A DNA stretch of 61,286 bases from a virus (Duplodnaviria > Caudoviricetes), in IMG/VR virus record IMGVR_UViG_3300038551_000086, positions 1 to 61,286 of that record. One strand, written 5' to 3'. A program made the position numbers and the translations under genes. Numbering within the stretch: position 1 is the stretch's first letter; the number at the start of each line of letters is the position of its first letter. Positions 40,201 to 47,373 of the stretch are shown in pieces. A model generated the notes under the pieces. The model was given only the letters and a program-made list of their open reading frames with translations. It had not been told where the DNA came from and did no database searches.

Positions 40201-40714
40201 GCGGGAATATGTTAGCGGGGAAAAGCCGAGATATGAAGCAAGAACATGGTGGGAACGGCTTAAAAGGAGAGTCGGGTTGTATGAAGGGCTGATACCGACT
40301 TACAGCGCATACGGCGGACAGAAAGAAAGCGGTTATGAAAGATTCCCCTACTTCCCTACTGATATTGAGAGAGACCCGCTATTGGAAAATCTCAGGGGTA
40401 AAAATGCTTTAATCAGTGTTCCGTCAAAAAATACAAGCATAAACAACCGGAAGATAACCGATAAGGAATACTCTGATTATGTCAAGTTTAGCGGCAATGA
40501 AATAATCAGCAAACTAAGACAGAATCAGAACGAAATTTTGAAGATGAACGCGGAAGATACGCAGGACTACATTGACAACATCGTGAGAAATGCGCGGAGG
40601 AACGCAAAGGAAACCATTGAAAACCGATCAGGCGGGGCATTGCAGCAACTCACCAAACCGCGAAGCAGGACAAGACCGAGACCGACAAGACCAAGAAGGG
40701 CAAGAGTAAGATAA
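34283..40714 (+). CDS. Giant internal virion/ejection protein (large polyvalent-type, 2143 aa)
   Basis: Low-complexity K/E/A/P middle, helical C-terminal region (GMLSNP.T...N, FIPF.R..AN, ITGSGP), Arg-rich tail. Confidence 0.7.
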   Translation: MPEEILKKVYEGGSKYYDLDDYDTFKRKMQDPAIRRKVYDGLSQYYQLDDFAKFETDIGIQAKPKESEKDIGFFKAVGKALYPTRSFSPEVVKKEGGDIISLNTVGETALNALMLLSDYIPSSFFPTRSGPYKGVKETIPQAIARRKERWETLSPEELQTSGQAFHYAQGGVVQPLSPEMAEGVGKQATEFIADPLWIPGIKITKAGIGAISRAMKAMKAGKEADAIRIIGKIEGVTANQADEYVKFWTAPENKAKLDEAEAIVNKRAFDAEKVGKPELEALNERLRTQERLTRLGKQTEEMAGSRVILGPNEERITIRPDGSRIIRDKYGNLIEEIPSAKATPEDVAVREKLREAAVREKKPEAPTPLEQLTTKVKAGEATGEEIKTFVKESEPATVEKAEQILRKAHKEAKTPEEGSDIANGIDVLTQASGKKPKVPTPKAPPKKAPISKKVEKEYQAGRASAEANIQERGEQFARNMAKKPGYGATEEIQAYWKGYADVLDEARAPAKKVATKGELTPYEKSAKGAPSGAQKVTTAIGRDPNLRLLDSEIEGIYGKGTKETEDLIRKIGGGKRTLDDVSRELQEAGTIAPAPQDYNSQHLINLITEDAPTVAKAERQAEKAAEQVFGKTAKKAPKVQERPTPPTPTGAKENIAYNNFKEGDKFTVDGEEFTVTSKMIENDGEVVGVRLKDRKNYEQDLTDWKSGVDIDEGSLKKAGAEPTPAIELTAFKPNPKLPDWLNDAMLREGKNPNRPFNEIDITNKSVRDAIEADPSLTRKEKDSLLKTGSRQEPTPAPKAETPAKPEIVEPEQAGTAKQGVLGEGETAPTPKAEPIEQVTKGKKEFPKNFRELLPEEQGALVVDTLEKGEIIKVGNTEYKITSKTPKKITIKNLKTGKSGTIYKWGNQNVAWMKTKNDGTATGFFRDIESDITRSLISEKNIFGQVKTEAYNRAIKRFDELKSQAKPKAEPTPIEQVTKGKELKEGESIPLQRGTKEFTEQQAKAGKKPAKLTKQQKKEKFAKKLEEGEYKGDMFVEEGKARQTSLLEKEKPTPLEQVAKPTAELNYADRWNNSLKLGRKVELVKGGKWVTNKGGLSKLGEKIAESKWEDISPAAQKVLQREIDKFYKTAKATPVEQLTAPKQTFRQFVESKGVEWDQVSGARKDEVLRQRLFDEFQGKKPEKVNVTFTNLQEIPGSKKATIMVDLPSKTTVGYDASRHILSDAEKAKLNKAIQKGGFEGAVEEPEFLLMMKDYKPKKAKTGKEFAEGLLDAAKKDIFGQELGITPDPYRNLKKFLDENKLRLTDAERKKLMDFASGVAKRGLLTAEKRQQLIDEYIAKNFTRTPEGIPTAKTGETPLERLTKTEPITPAVTEATEGTVKKVKPKTFRQLENKWKQPMGEGKPTTPGYNVEKMHPALKDELPQIIENFREEFNLMRGERLTTEQAIDSAIKFAGNLTDDAVMTLKRSDVTNASHLLGARIYVNNRLLEISDKLAAIPKDASGKLIGEITAENKHVLDMYMKVRSLGTETARALRFMQIPMGDNLINGMKKYRDVLAKIDPKSAKVLSDVIADAEKLPTKTDAILFWWYNGMLSNPFTDLANITGNASHLTWEIMTNMAHKPSSIKQMFKGLWEGSKEGVKQAKAIYNQEKELLSKFSGDIGRARYDVYPKTKVGKFLRSTLPTTRLAMEDAIFSNMAKQMRIGVESPILAKKFGTTVDDVLETVKNVIENPEFVAGANDKVYRDLAEYAEKYAEYLTFRTPLKSKFMQGAQQTLWVKPFIPFPRVMANIAKAGFKNSPAGIIKFFGKDAKTLSAFERQDIARRALAGTAVFSGLGTMMAAGKIEITGSGPESKKERELWDKMGYKPNHIYIVDGDGSKTGISYQNINPFNVILAVMGNWQDQYRFGNKLTDDEKTLTERLSYALAGAAATMTDQSFMQGISNLYDWIRYKDEGYLEDFFTKPFIPNIVGFPRNLREYVSGEKPRYEARTWWERLKRRVGLYEGLIPTYSAYGGQKESGYERFPYFPTDIERDPLLENLRGKNALISVPSKNTSINNRKITDKEYSDYVKFSGNEIISKLRQNQNEILKMNAEDTQDYIDNIVRNARRNAKETIENRSGGALQQLTKPRSRTRPRPTRPRRARVR

Positions 40715-40741
40715 CAATTTAATTAAAGGAGCAAGAGGGCA

Positions 40742-41263
40742 ATGAAAACACTGTTATTTTTAATCTTAATGAGCGTAGCAATTTGGGCGCAAACGGCAGT
40801 CAAGACCGTCCCGCAGAGTCACGATTGGATAAGGATTTATGACGGGTTGCTTGGCGACAACGGCGACGGAGTGGACACTACCGATGCCTTTTCACCGAAG
40901 CAATGGGAAGGCGTACTAACCTTAGCTTGTGAAATCGACACGGGCGATGTTGACGTTAGCGGAACGCCGGATAGCTGCCTTTCGGTCTATTTCCAGATCA
41001 AGCGCAGATATGTATATCCGGGAAATCAAGCAGTTGACCAGGATTGGATGGGCTACTACGACGGAACCGATGTGACAAAGGTTAAGATTGATACCGTAGC
41101 GCGGAGCGTAATAAACACGGATGCTTGCTTGTTTTACATGAACCCGGCAGCCGAAATGTCAACCACCGGAGAGTGGGCTTGGGCGGATAGCATCAGGTTC
41201 ATTTTGGGAATCGGCGTAGGTGATAGTCTTGAGTCCGTAAAGTTAGACGTGGGAGGTCAATAA
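40742..41263 (+). CDS. Exported beta-rich protein
   Basis: Signal MKTLLFLILMSVAIWA|Q. Confidence 0.7.
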   Translation: MKTLLFLILMSVAIWAQTAVKTVPQSHDWIRIYDGLLGDNGDGVDTTDAFSPKQWEGVLTLACEIDTGDVDVSGTPDSCLSVYFQIKRRYVYPGNQAVDQDWMGYYDGTDVTKVKIDTVARSVINTDACLFYMNPAAEMSTTGEWAWADSIRFILGIGVGDSLESVKLDVGGQ

Positions 41264-41655
41264 TGGCACGTAACGTAAGACCACTATTCGGCACAGATTA
41301 CAGCTTTTCCGAATCTTCCGGCACTTCCAACATTAACGGCACGAAGATTGTCAACGATTATCCCCCTTCCGCTAACAACGTGGCGAGTATTTTCATCCAT
41401 TCTGACGGGGCAAGCGTGACCTCTATCGAGATGGGAATATATTGCCAATTTTGGAGTGGCGTGGATTGGGGACCGTTACACGCGGTTATCGACGAAAACG
41501 GGGCAGCAATCACGATAGACCCGTCTGAGGATGAAGATCGTGACGCAGACCTCTACGGGCAACCCTGGTGGAAGGAGAATGACGGATGGAGGATTGTCTT
41601 AACAAGGGCAAACCCGACAACCATAGCGGGACAGGCAACCGCAATAATAAGGTGA
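41263..41655 (+). CDS. Small beta-sandwich protein without signal peptide
   Basis: GGAGG RBS, TAATG coupling. Confidence 0.65.
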   Translation: MARNVRPLFGTDYSFSESSGTSNINGTKIVNDYPPSANNVASIFIHSDGASVTSIEMGIYCQFWSGVDWGPLHAVIDENGAAITIDPSEDEDRDADLYGQPWWKENDGWRIVLTRANPTTIAGQATAIIR

Positions 41656-41659
41656 AAAT

Positions 41660-42736
41660 ATGAAAAAATTAATCTTTCTGATTGTGCTTTTGGGGATTGC
41701 GGCGGAGGCGATAGCACAGACACCGCTACCCCGGAAAAGAACGCAGTGGCTCGATTTGTCGGAAGCGGTAAAAGACTCAATCCGGGCAAGCGGTTATGTT
41801 TTCCCTGTCCCATCCGATAGTGTTTCTCCCGATACGTCCTATGTATCTGCCGACTCCGGGCTTGGCGGGGGCGGATGGTTAGAGTTGGGTGATTCCGTAG
41901 GTGTGCACGTCAACGTGGACAGCGTGACGATTGACATTCTTAATGATACTCTCCGGGCGGATACATTGCGATTGGTTACAATCACCGCTTTGATTGACAC
42001 TATTGCAACACTATACCCGATACCGCACGATTCGCTTGATACCGACACAATTTGGGTTAGCGCCGATAGCGGTTTAGGAGGCGGAGGATCGGTTGAATTA
42101 GGCGATACCATAGGCGTTCACGTCAACGTAGATAGTGTAACAATAGACATTTTAAACGATACCTTGCGAGTTGATACAACCAGAATAGCAACCTTGCCCG
42201 ACGTGAGCGACAGTTCACAATACTATTACTGGCGTTCCGTCAGCCATGACCACTACCCCTCTTATGGCAACCTTGTCCCATGGGATTTGAACGACTACCA
42301 GACCGATCAAGACAGCGTATTTATCTGTTTCTGGCAGGAAGCGGCGACACTCAAGCCCTATATCGAAATTAAAGCGGATAGCGCAAGCACCGATAGCCAA
42401 TACGTTCACCTTGTTTATTCTTTCACTGCACCGAGAAATGTTTCCGCCATTAGCGATACTTTGTTTATTGTCGAGTTTAAAACATCGGTGGCGGATACCG
42501 ATTCGGTGGGTTGTGAGTTGCTTGTTTACGAGGGCACAACGGCAAGATACGCGACAGATACAATGACCGCTTCAGCGACATGGACGACAAAAGCGATTAC
42601 AAACGCTCAGGGTACATTATCCGACATCGTAAAAGAGGACAGATTTCAGTTGATTATAAGGGTGAAGGCTCTTAATTCCTCTGCGGCGGTTGACCCGACA
42701 ACCTGGATTTCACGGATCAGGGAAAGGTGGTGGTAA
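41660..42736 (+). CDS. Exported fibre-repeat protein, very D-S/T rich
   Basis: Signal ...AAEAIA|Q; two 42-aa repeats VSADSGLGGGG..ELGD..GVHVNVDSVTIDILNDTLR.DT. Confidence 0.75.
   Translation: MKKLIFLIVLLGIAAEAIAQTPLPRKRTQWLDLSEAVKDSIRASGYVFPVPSDSVSPDTSYVSADSGLGGGGWLELGDSVGVHVNVDSVTIDILNDTLRADTLRLVTITALIDTIATLYPIPHDSLDTDTIWVSADSGLGGGGSVELGDTIGVHVNVDSVTIDILNDTLRVDTTRIATLPDVSDSSQYYYWRSVSHDHYPSYGNLVPWDLNDYQTDQDSVFICFWQEAATLKPYIEIKADSASTDSQYVHLVYSFTAPRNVSAISDTLFIVEFKTSVADTDSVGCELLVYEGTTARYATDTMTASATWTTKAITNAQGTLSDIVKEDRFQLIIRVKALNSSAAVDPTTWISRIRERWW
41840..42178 (+). repeat. Internal coding duplication (41840-41965 and 42053-42178)
   Basis: Near-identical peptide, codons diverged at silent sites. 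Confidence 0.8.
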
Positions 42737-44646
42737 TGAGAGTTCTTTTATCGTTGCTTATACCCTGGCTTCTTTTCGCTCAAATAGGGGTAGTAGATAC
42801 CTTTTATACGGGTGACGGGGATGGCACGACAGACCCGCGTACCGTGTTAACTGCGACGGATAGCGTGAAACTTGTTCTCGTGACCGCCTGGAATGTTGCC
42901 CTGTTTCCCGGCTGGAAAACGCCGGATATGAGCAATGTGACGCAGAGTGTTACAGGCTTTGCAACTACAACATCCGGAGGTATAGTCATAACCGGAACAG
43001 GAAATACTCAAGTCCAAGTGGATAGTTCGTGGGATGGACTTAATATACTACATCATGTCACCGCCTTTTACGGTGAGTCTGTTCATCACGGAACATTTGC
43101 CGGAACAGGTTCGGGGGTTAGAGTGGAGACCGGATTTCAACCGAGATGGTTGTTTATTTCTGAACATGGCGTAGGAACAACTCAGGAATTTGCGGGATAT
43201 TGGTATACAACAATTGGTGATCTAACCCACAACGTGGACGGAACAGCGATAAATTGCAAACGTGACTCCACCGGATTTACTCTCGCAACCACTACCGGAG
43301 GTCATACCTACTATTGGGTAGCCTTTTCCAGCAGCCCAAACTACTTTTATGGGGAGTATCTTGGGGATGGGACAGATGATCGGTGGATAGACATAGATAA
43401 TGAGGTTGAGTTTTTATATGTGACCGCACCAAACGAAAGTGACGCAGGGGCGGGAGTGCAGGGAACATGGAAATCACGAGATATGTTCTTGATTGACACT
43501 TGCGGTATTATGTCAAATGATCCGGGATATGAGCAAGACCGGATACAGGAAATAGACAATTCAAATACTCAGTTTCAGGTTGGAACTGTATCTAATAACA
43601 AGAACGAAGTTTATCTTTATTGGGGGATAACAACCACTGTCGATACTGTTTTACCAAAAATTTATGTAGATATGAACTATAATGAGGTTCAAATAACCGG
43701 GAACGGAAATGCAACAAGGGCGGTTAGCCTCGGTTTTCAACCGGATGTAGTTTTTATTGCACCGAGTGAGGGTGCAACGTCAAGAGTATATGCAAAGTCA
43801 TATGAAATGGGCGGTGACAGCGCAATGGCTTTGTATGATTCCACCTTGAAATCAGACAGATGCACTATTACGTCAACGGGGATTACCCTCGGTAGTCATC
43901 TTAACAAGAATACAATAGTGTATAACATTTCCGCCTTTGACTCAGACACTAATGGAGTTTTAGCGGGAAGATATGTGGGAGATGGGACATTTAGGAGAGA
44001 AGTAAATTTAACGGAGAACTTTCGTCCAGCCGTTGTATTTACGATGGCTAACGACGATACCCTATTCGGAAAGGTGAAATCATTGAGTCTTGGCGGAATA
44101 GATACATTAAGCGCAAATACATACGACGATGCTCTCGGCGGGAATGGGATAAAAGTATTAAATCACAACAAGTTTATTACAGGAAATGGTATTTATATTA
44201 ATAAAAGCGGTATTACTTACCACTGGATAGCTTTTGCGGAAGGTCAATGGTTCGACGGGTATAACTTTGCCGGAAGCGGTTCGAGTAATGTTCAAAAGGC
44301 GATCAGCAACTTATTTCAAGGCGACATTTATACAATATATGAGCATGGAAATTATGTTGACAGCGAAGCACTTTGGAAAAATTTCGATTTCGCCGTGAAC
44401 AGCGCGGCGCAAATTGCGGGGGCATACGTAACAAATCAACTTGATACAGTAACCGCTACATATTTCGTAGTGGATGAAAACATAAACAGTAATTATCTTG
44501 GAATAGACTTTTATTGGTTTGCTCTTGGTGGATATGAAGCGCCGGGCGAGGAAACTCCGACCGGGCAAGACAGACGACAACCGTGTGATGGAAATGCGAC
44601 AATCCTTAACAAAGAGGGTGTACGGTGGAAAGACAAATACAAATAA
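42736..44646 (+). CDS. Exported protein with DUF7483-like phage fibre repeats
   Basis: Signal MRVLLSLLIPWLLFA|Q; repeated YTGDG/GFQP..VFI/GFT/TYYWVAF units. Confidence 0.72.
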   Translation: MRVLLSLLIPWLLFAQIGVVDTFYTGDGDGTTDPRTVLTATDSVKLVLVTAWNVALFPGWKTPDMSNVTQSVTGFATTTSGGIVITGTGNTQVQVDSSWDGLNILHHVTAFYGESVHHGTFAGTGSGVRVETGFQPRWLFISEHGVGTTQEFAGYWYTTIGDLTHNVDGTAINCKRDSTGFTLATTTGGHTYYWVAFSSSPNYFYGEYLGDGTDDRWIDIDNEVEFLYVTAPNESDAGAGVQGTWKSRDMFLIDTCGIMSNDPGYEQDRIQEIDNSNTQFQVGTVSNNKNEVYLYWGITTTVDTVLPKIYVDMNYNEVQITGNGNATRAVSLGFQPDVVFIAPSEGATSRVYAKSYEMGGDSAMALYDSTLKSDRCTITSTGITLGSHLNKNTIVYNISAFDSDTNGVLAGRYVGDGTFRREVNLTENFRPAVVFTMANDDTLFGKVKSLSLGGIDTLSANTYDDALGGNGIKVLNHNKFITGNGIYINKSGITYHWIAFAEGQWFDGYNFAGSGSSNVQKAISNLFQGDIYTIYEHGNYVDSEALWKNFDFAVNSAAQIAGAYVTNQLDTVTATYFVVDENINSNYLGIDFYWFALGGYEAPGEETPTGQDRRQPCDGNATILNKEGVRWKDKYK

Positions 44647-46169
44647 TCTTACTTATGCTTTTACTTTCGGTATTTGTAAAAGCGCAGATATTTACTGAGA
44701 CCTTTAACAGTTTCACCTGGTCTTGGGCGTATGGGACAGCAGGTTGGAACTTCGGTGGAGCAGCATCTGGGTATGATACTGTAAACTCTGGCACATATAA
44801 CTTAACAAGATCAGCAGGATTCTCTGTAAATTGGGCATCAGAAACAGTTTCTGGTGGCATAATAGACTCGGCTGGAACATATATAACATTCGACGGATCA
44901 AGTGAGTATATGACCAGCACAAATGCTATTTTCAACCCCGGAACAGATGATTTCTGGATTTTAGGTGCACTAAAAACACCCGCGTCTATGCCAACTTCCG
45001 CTAAATACATAATTAACAAATACAGAGCAGCCACAGACAATGGATGGTCGATATTTTTTTATGATAATATCGTTTATTCCAAAATAGAACATGATCCGGT
45101 AATTGCCCCAGGCGTGACTGTTCCCGCAGATAAATCTATCTTTTTCGCCAACTTAATGGACAGAAGCGGGAACGGAACTTTCAGGGTTTGGACAGGAGAT
45201 AGTTTGTTAGCCATTGGAACGGCAGATATAAGTAGCAAATCAGGAGTTAATATTACATCAGCTACCGCTATGACCATAGGAACGTATGCGTATACTCCTG
45301 CCAACAATGAGTTTGACGGTTGGATGGATGCTCTTTGGTTTGGACGTGGGACTTTACCAACTCTTGAGCAAATATGTGCCGAGTTCTTTTTAGCTGATGG
45401 ATGGTATTCGGATACAGATAGTTCCGGGGCGATAAGGGATAACTTTGGTTGGCATCAGGGAGTGACTTGCGGAGTAGCTACGCCACAAATAACAATTGCT
45501 ATAATAGGAACAGAAGGATTGCAACCGGCAGATTATACAGATTACGCAACTATTACAGGTGACTCTACTACTTACACTATACAGTTCCCCTTAATTGACA
45601 GTTTAAATAGCGATGCAATTAGATTCGATATTGACAGCGGGGATATGAGCGATATTAACCATGCCCTACCTGATACTGTTTTTCAAGAAGGTTATGGTTT
45701 ACAAGTTAAGTTTGATTGTTGGTCTAATCCTGGAACTACCAGCAATTATTATGTGTTGTTTGATAATGTAGTTGTGACGACATATCTTCTTAATCCTGAA
45801 ATAAGTTCAAGCCCCGCAAGCAAAAATTTTGGCAATATCGTTGTAGGTGACAGTTCATCTCAAGTGTTTACAATAAGCAACACAGGAGCAGACCCGCTAA
45901 CGGTTACGGATATTAATTGGGTTACAGCCGCACAGGTGAGCGTTTCCGATACCGCTTTTACGGTAGATACAAGCGGGACGCAGAATATAACAGTGTGGTT
46001 TAAGCCTCAGTCAATCGGTGCGAAATTGGATACATTGACAATCGTCAACAATGATCAGGATGAAGGGAACTTTACAATTCCATTATCCGCAAACGGAATC
46101 TTGCCGACAGCAGGAAACACATTTAGAAAATATCCAAGCGCAAACAGCAATAAATTCAAAGGTTGGTGA
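44625..46169 (+). CDS. Exported LamG-like plus Ig-like (choice-of-anchor D/ASH-type) protein
   Basis: Signal ...SVFVKA|Q; FDGSSEY...IIN.Y..GWSI...FDGWMD; PEISSSP.S.NFGNI.VG..FTISNTG..PLTV...LTIVNND.DE. Confidence 0.75.
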   Translation: MERQIQIILLMLLLSVFVKAQIFTETFNSFTWSWAYGTAGWNFGGAASGYDTVNSGTYNLTRSAGFSVNWASETVSGGIIDSAGTYITFDGSSEYMTSTNAIFNPGTDDFWILGALKTPASMPTSAKYIINKYRAATDNGWSIFFYDNIVYSKIEHDPVIAPGVTVPADKSIFFANLMDRSGNGTFRVWTGDSLLAIGTADISSKSGVNITSATAMTIGTYAYTPANNEFDGWMDALWFGRGTLPTLEQICAEFFLADGWYSDTDSSGAIRDNFGWHQGVTCGVATPQITIAIIGTEGLQPADYTDYATITGDSTTYTIQFPLIDSLNSDAIRFDIDSGDMSDINHALPDTVFQEGYGLQVKFDCWSNPGTTSNYYVLFDNVVVTTYLLNPEISSSPASKNFGNIVVGDSSSQVFTISNTGADPLTVTDINWVTAAQVSVSDTAFTVDTSGTQNITVWFKPQSIGAKLDTLTIVNNDQDEGNFTIPLSANGILPTAGNTFRKYPSANSNKFKGW

Positions 46170-46441
46170 TGCAATTCATTCAATGGGCTTTTCTGGGCAA
46201 CGTCTATCTCTTTATGCACATGTTCGGCGGTGCGCTCGGAATGAAAATATTCATGCGCTATGTCCGAGCCGACACCGCATTTCTCATTGTCGTTTTGATC
46301 ACTTTAGTTTGGGAAGTCGGTGAGCTTGTTTATCAATACATAATCGAGTTTGACAGTTACGAATCACCGGAGCATTTCTTAGCGGATGCCTTCGGTGACA
46401 TATTCGGCGCGGTTCTAATGGCTTTCATAATCTGGATATAA
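46169..46441 (+). CDS. Small integral membrane protein (H..GG/WE..E/D...D motif)
   Basis: HMFGG, WEVGE, DAFGDIFG in hydrophobic helices. Confidence 0.65.
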   Translation: MQFIQWAFLGNVYLFMHMFGGALGMKIFMRYVRADTAFLIVVLITLVWEVGELVYQYIIEFDSYESPEHFLADAFGDIFGAVLMAFIIWI

Positions 46442-46468
46442 AACCTCAATCATCTCCCCTCCCCTAAA

Positions 46469-46502
46469 GCAAAAAGCCCGGACTGAACATCCGGGCTTTT
46501 GC
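46469..46502. terminator. Bidirectional intrinsic terminator ending the late operon
   Basis: AAAAAGCCCGGA-loop-TCCGGGCTTTT between convergent genes. Confidence 0.85.
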
Positions 46503-46998
46503 AAATCCATATCACGTTTTCAACAGAATATTCCCGCATTAAATTTTACAGGAGATATTCATTGGTTAATTAATTTAAAAGCAATACCTATATCAAATTT
46601 AACATTAAAACAGGCTCCTGCTAACCTCTTGCATCACCACCTTTCAAAACTCGTTAATCCGCGTTGCCTTGCCGAAGGGCGGAACTTATGCAGGCTGTGT
46701 CGTCGCGAACATATCATCCGATATATCCCCTTTTTGCCCGACACTGGCAATGTTTCGCAATCAGAGTGCTAAAAACTTTGTATTATCATTGCTAAGTGAC
46801 CTATCCCCCACCCTATCGCCAGCCACAGGGCAACGGCGAATATCACGCCGAGGGGGATTAGGATTATGTTTCTGATAGTGTTCATTTCAGCGTAATTTTC
46901 TTAAAAGTTCTTCAAGGGCTTCAATTTGCTTTTTATCCTTCCCGATTTTTCTCAATTCCCTTAATTTATCCTCCAATTCCGCTATTCTCCATTTTTCT

Positions 46999-47328
46999 CT
47001 AATGGTTTTTTGGGGTGATCTCGGTAGTCCCATGTTGTACCTCAATTTTCGATTTTAAGTTGTCAATTTCGTTGCTCAGGGAATCCGCGACACCGGCAAA
47101 CAAGAGCAAAGTAAAAGCTCAAACTGTCATCGCGATCCAGAAACGCAAAGCCCATTTCCTGGCTTCTGTTTGCCAATCAATTTCCGTTTTTGACTGTGAC
47201 ATTGTTGTCACAATTCTATCCCTTGCATCAGGTAAATTATCAATCTGATGAGCGTCATAAAACGATTGTTCAGCTTTCAATTTGCTCACCTTCAATTTGC
47301 TCAATTTACTATCAGTAAATTTACTCAA
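46999..47328 (-). pseudogene. Small membrane protein interrupted by in-frame TGA at 47119-47121
   Basis: KWALRFWIAMTV*AFTLLLFAGVADSLSNEIDNLKSKIE reads through as one TM helix plus coil. Confidence 0.45.
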
Positions 47329-47370
47329 CTCTCAGTTTACTCAATTTACCGCAATTTACAAGTAAATTGA
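47278..47370. repeat. Array of CAATTTRC-like motifs in both orientations
   Basis: Copies at 47278, 47293, 47302, 47333, 47342, 47352, palindrome AGTAAATTTACT 47314-25, inverted 47362. Confidence 0.8.
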
Positions 47371-47373
47371 TGG

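Noticed and set aside
34283-40714. Tape measure protein or virion RNA polymerase
   Set aside because: No tail tube or chaperone context and no polymerase catalytic motifs seen
41840-42178. Duplicated segment as a DGR template/variable repeat
   Set aside because: Both copies are in frame in one gene, differences are mostly silent and not adenine-specific, and there is no reverse transcriptase
40742-46169. Host DNA contamination or T9SS substrates
   Set aside because: Genes are coupled within the late operon, carry phage fibre motifs and lack a T9SS C-terminal domain
47119-47121. Genome-wide TGA or TAG recoding
   Set aside because: Core genes are intact under the standard code and many end in TGA/TAG with neat ATGA overlaps
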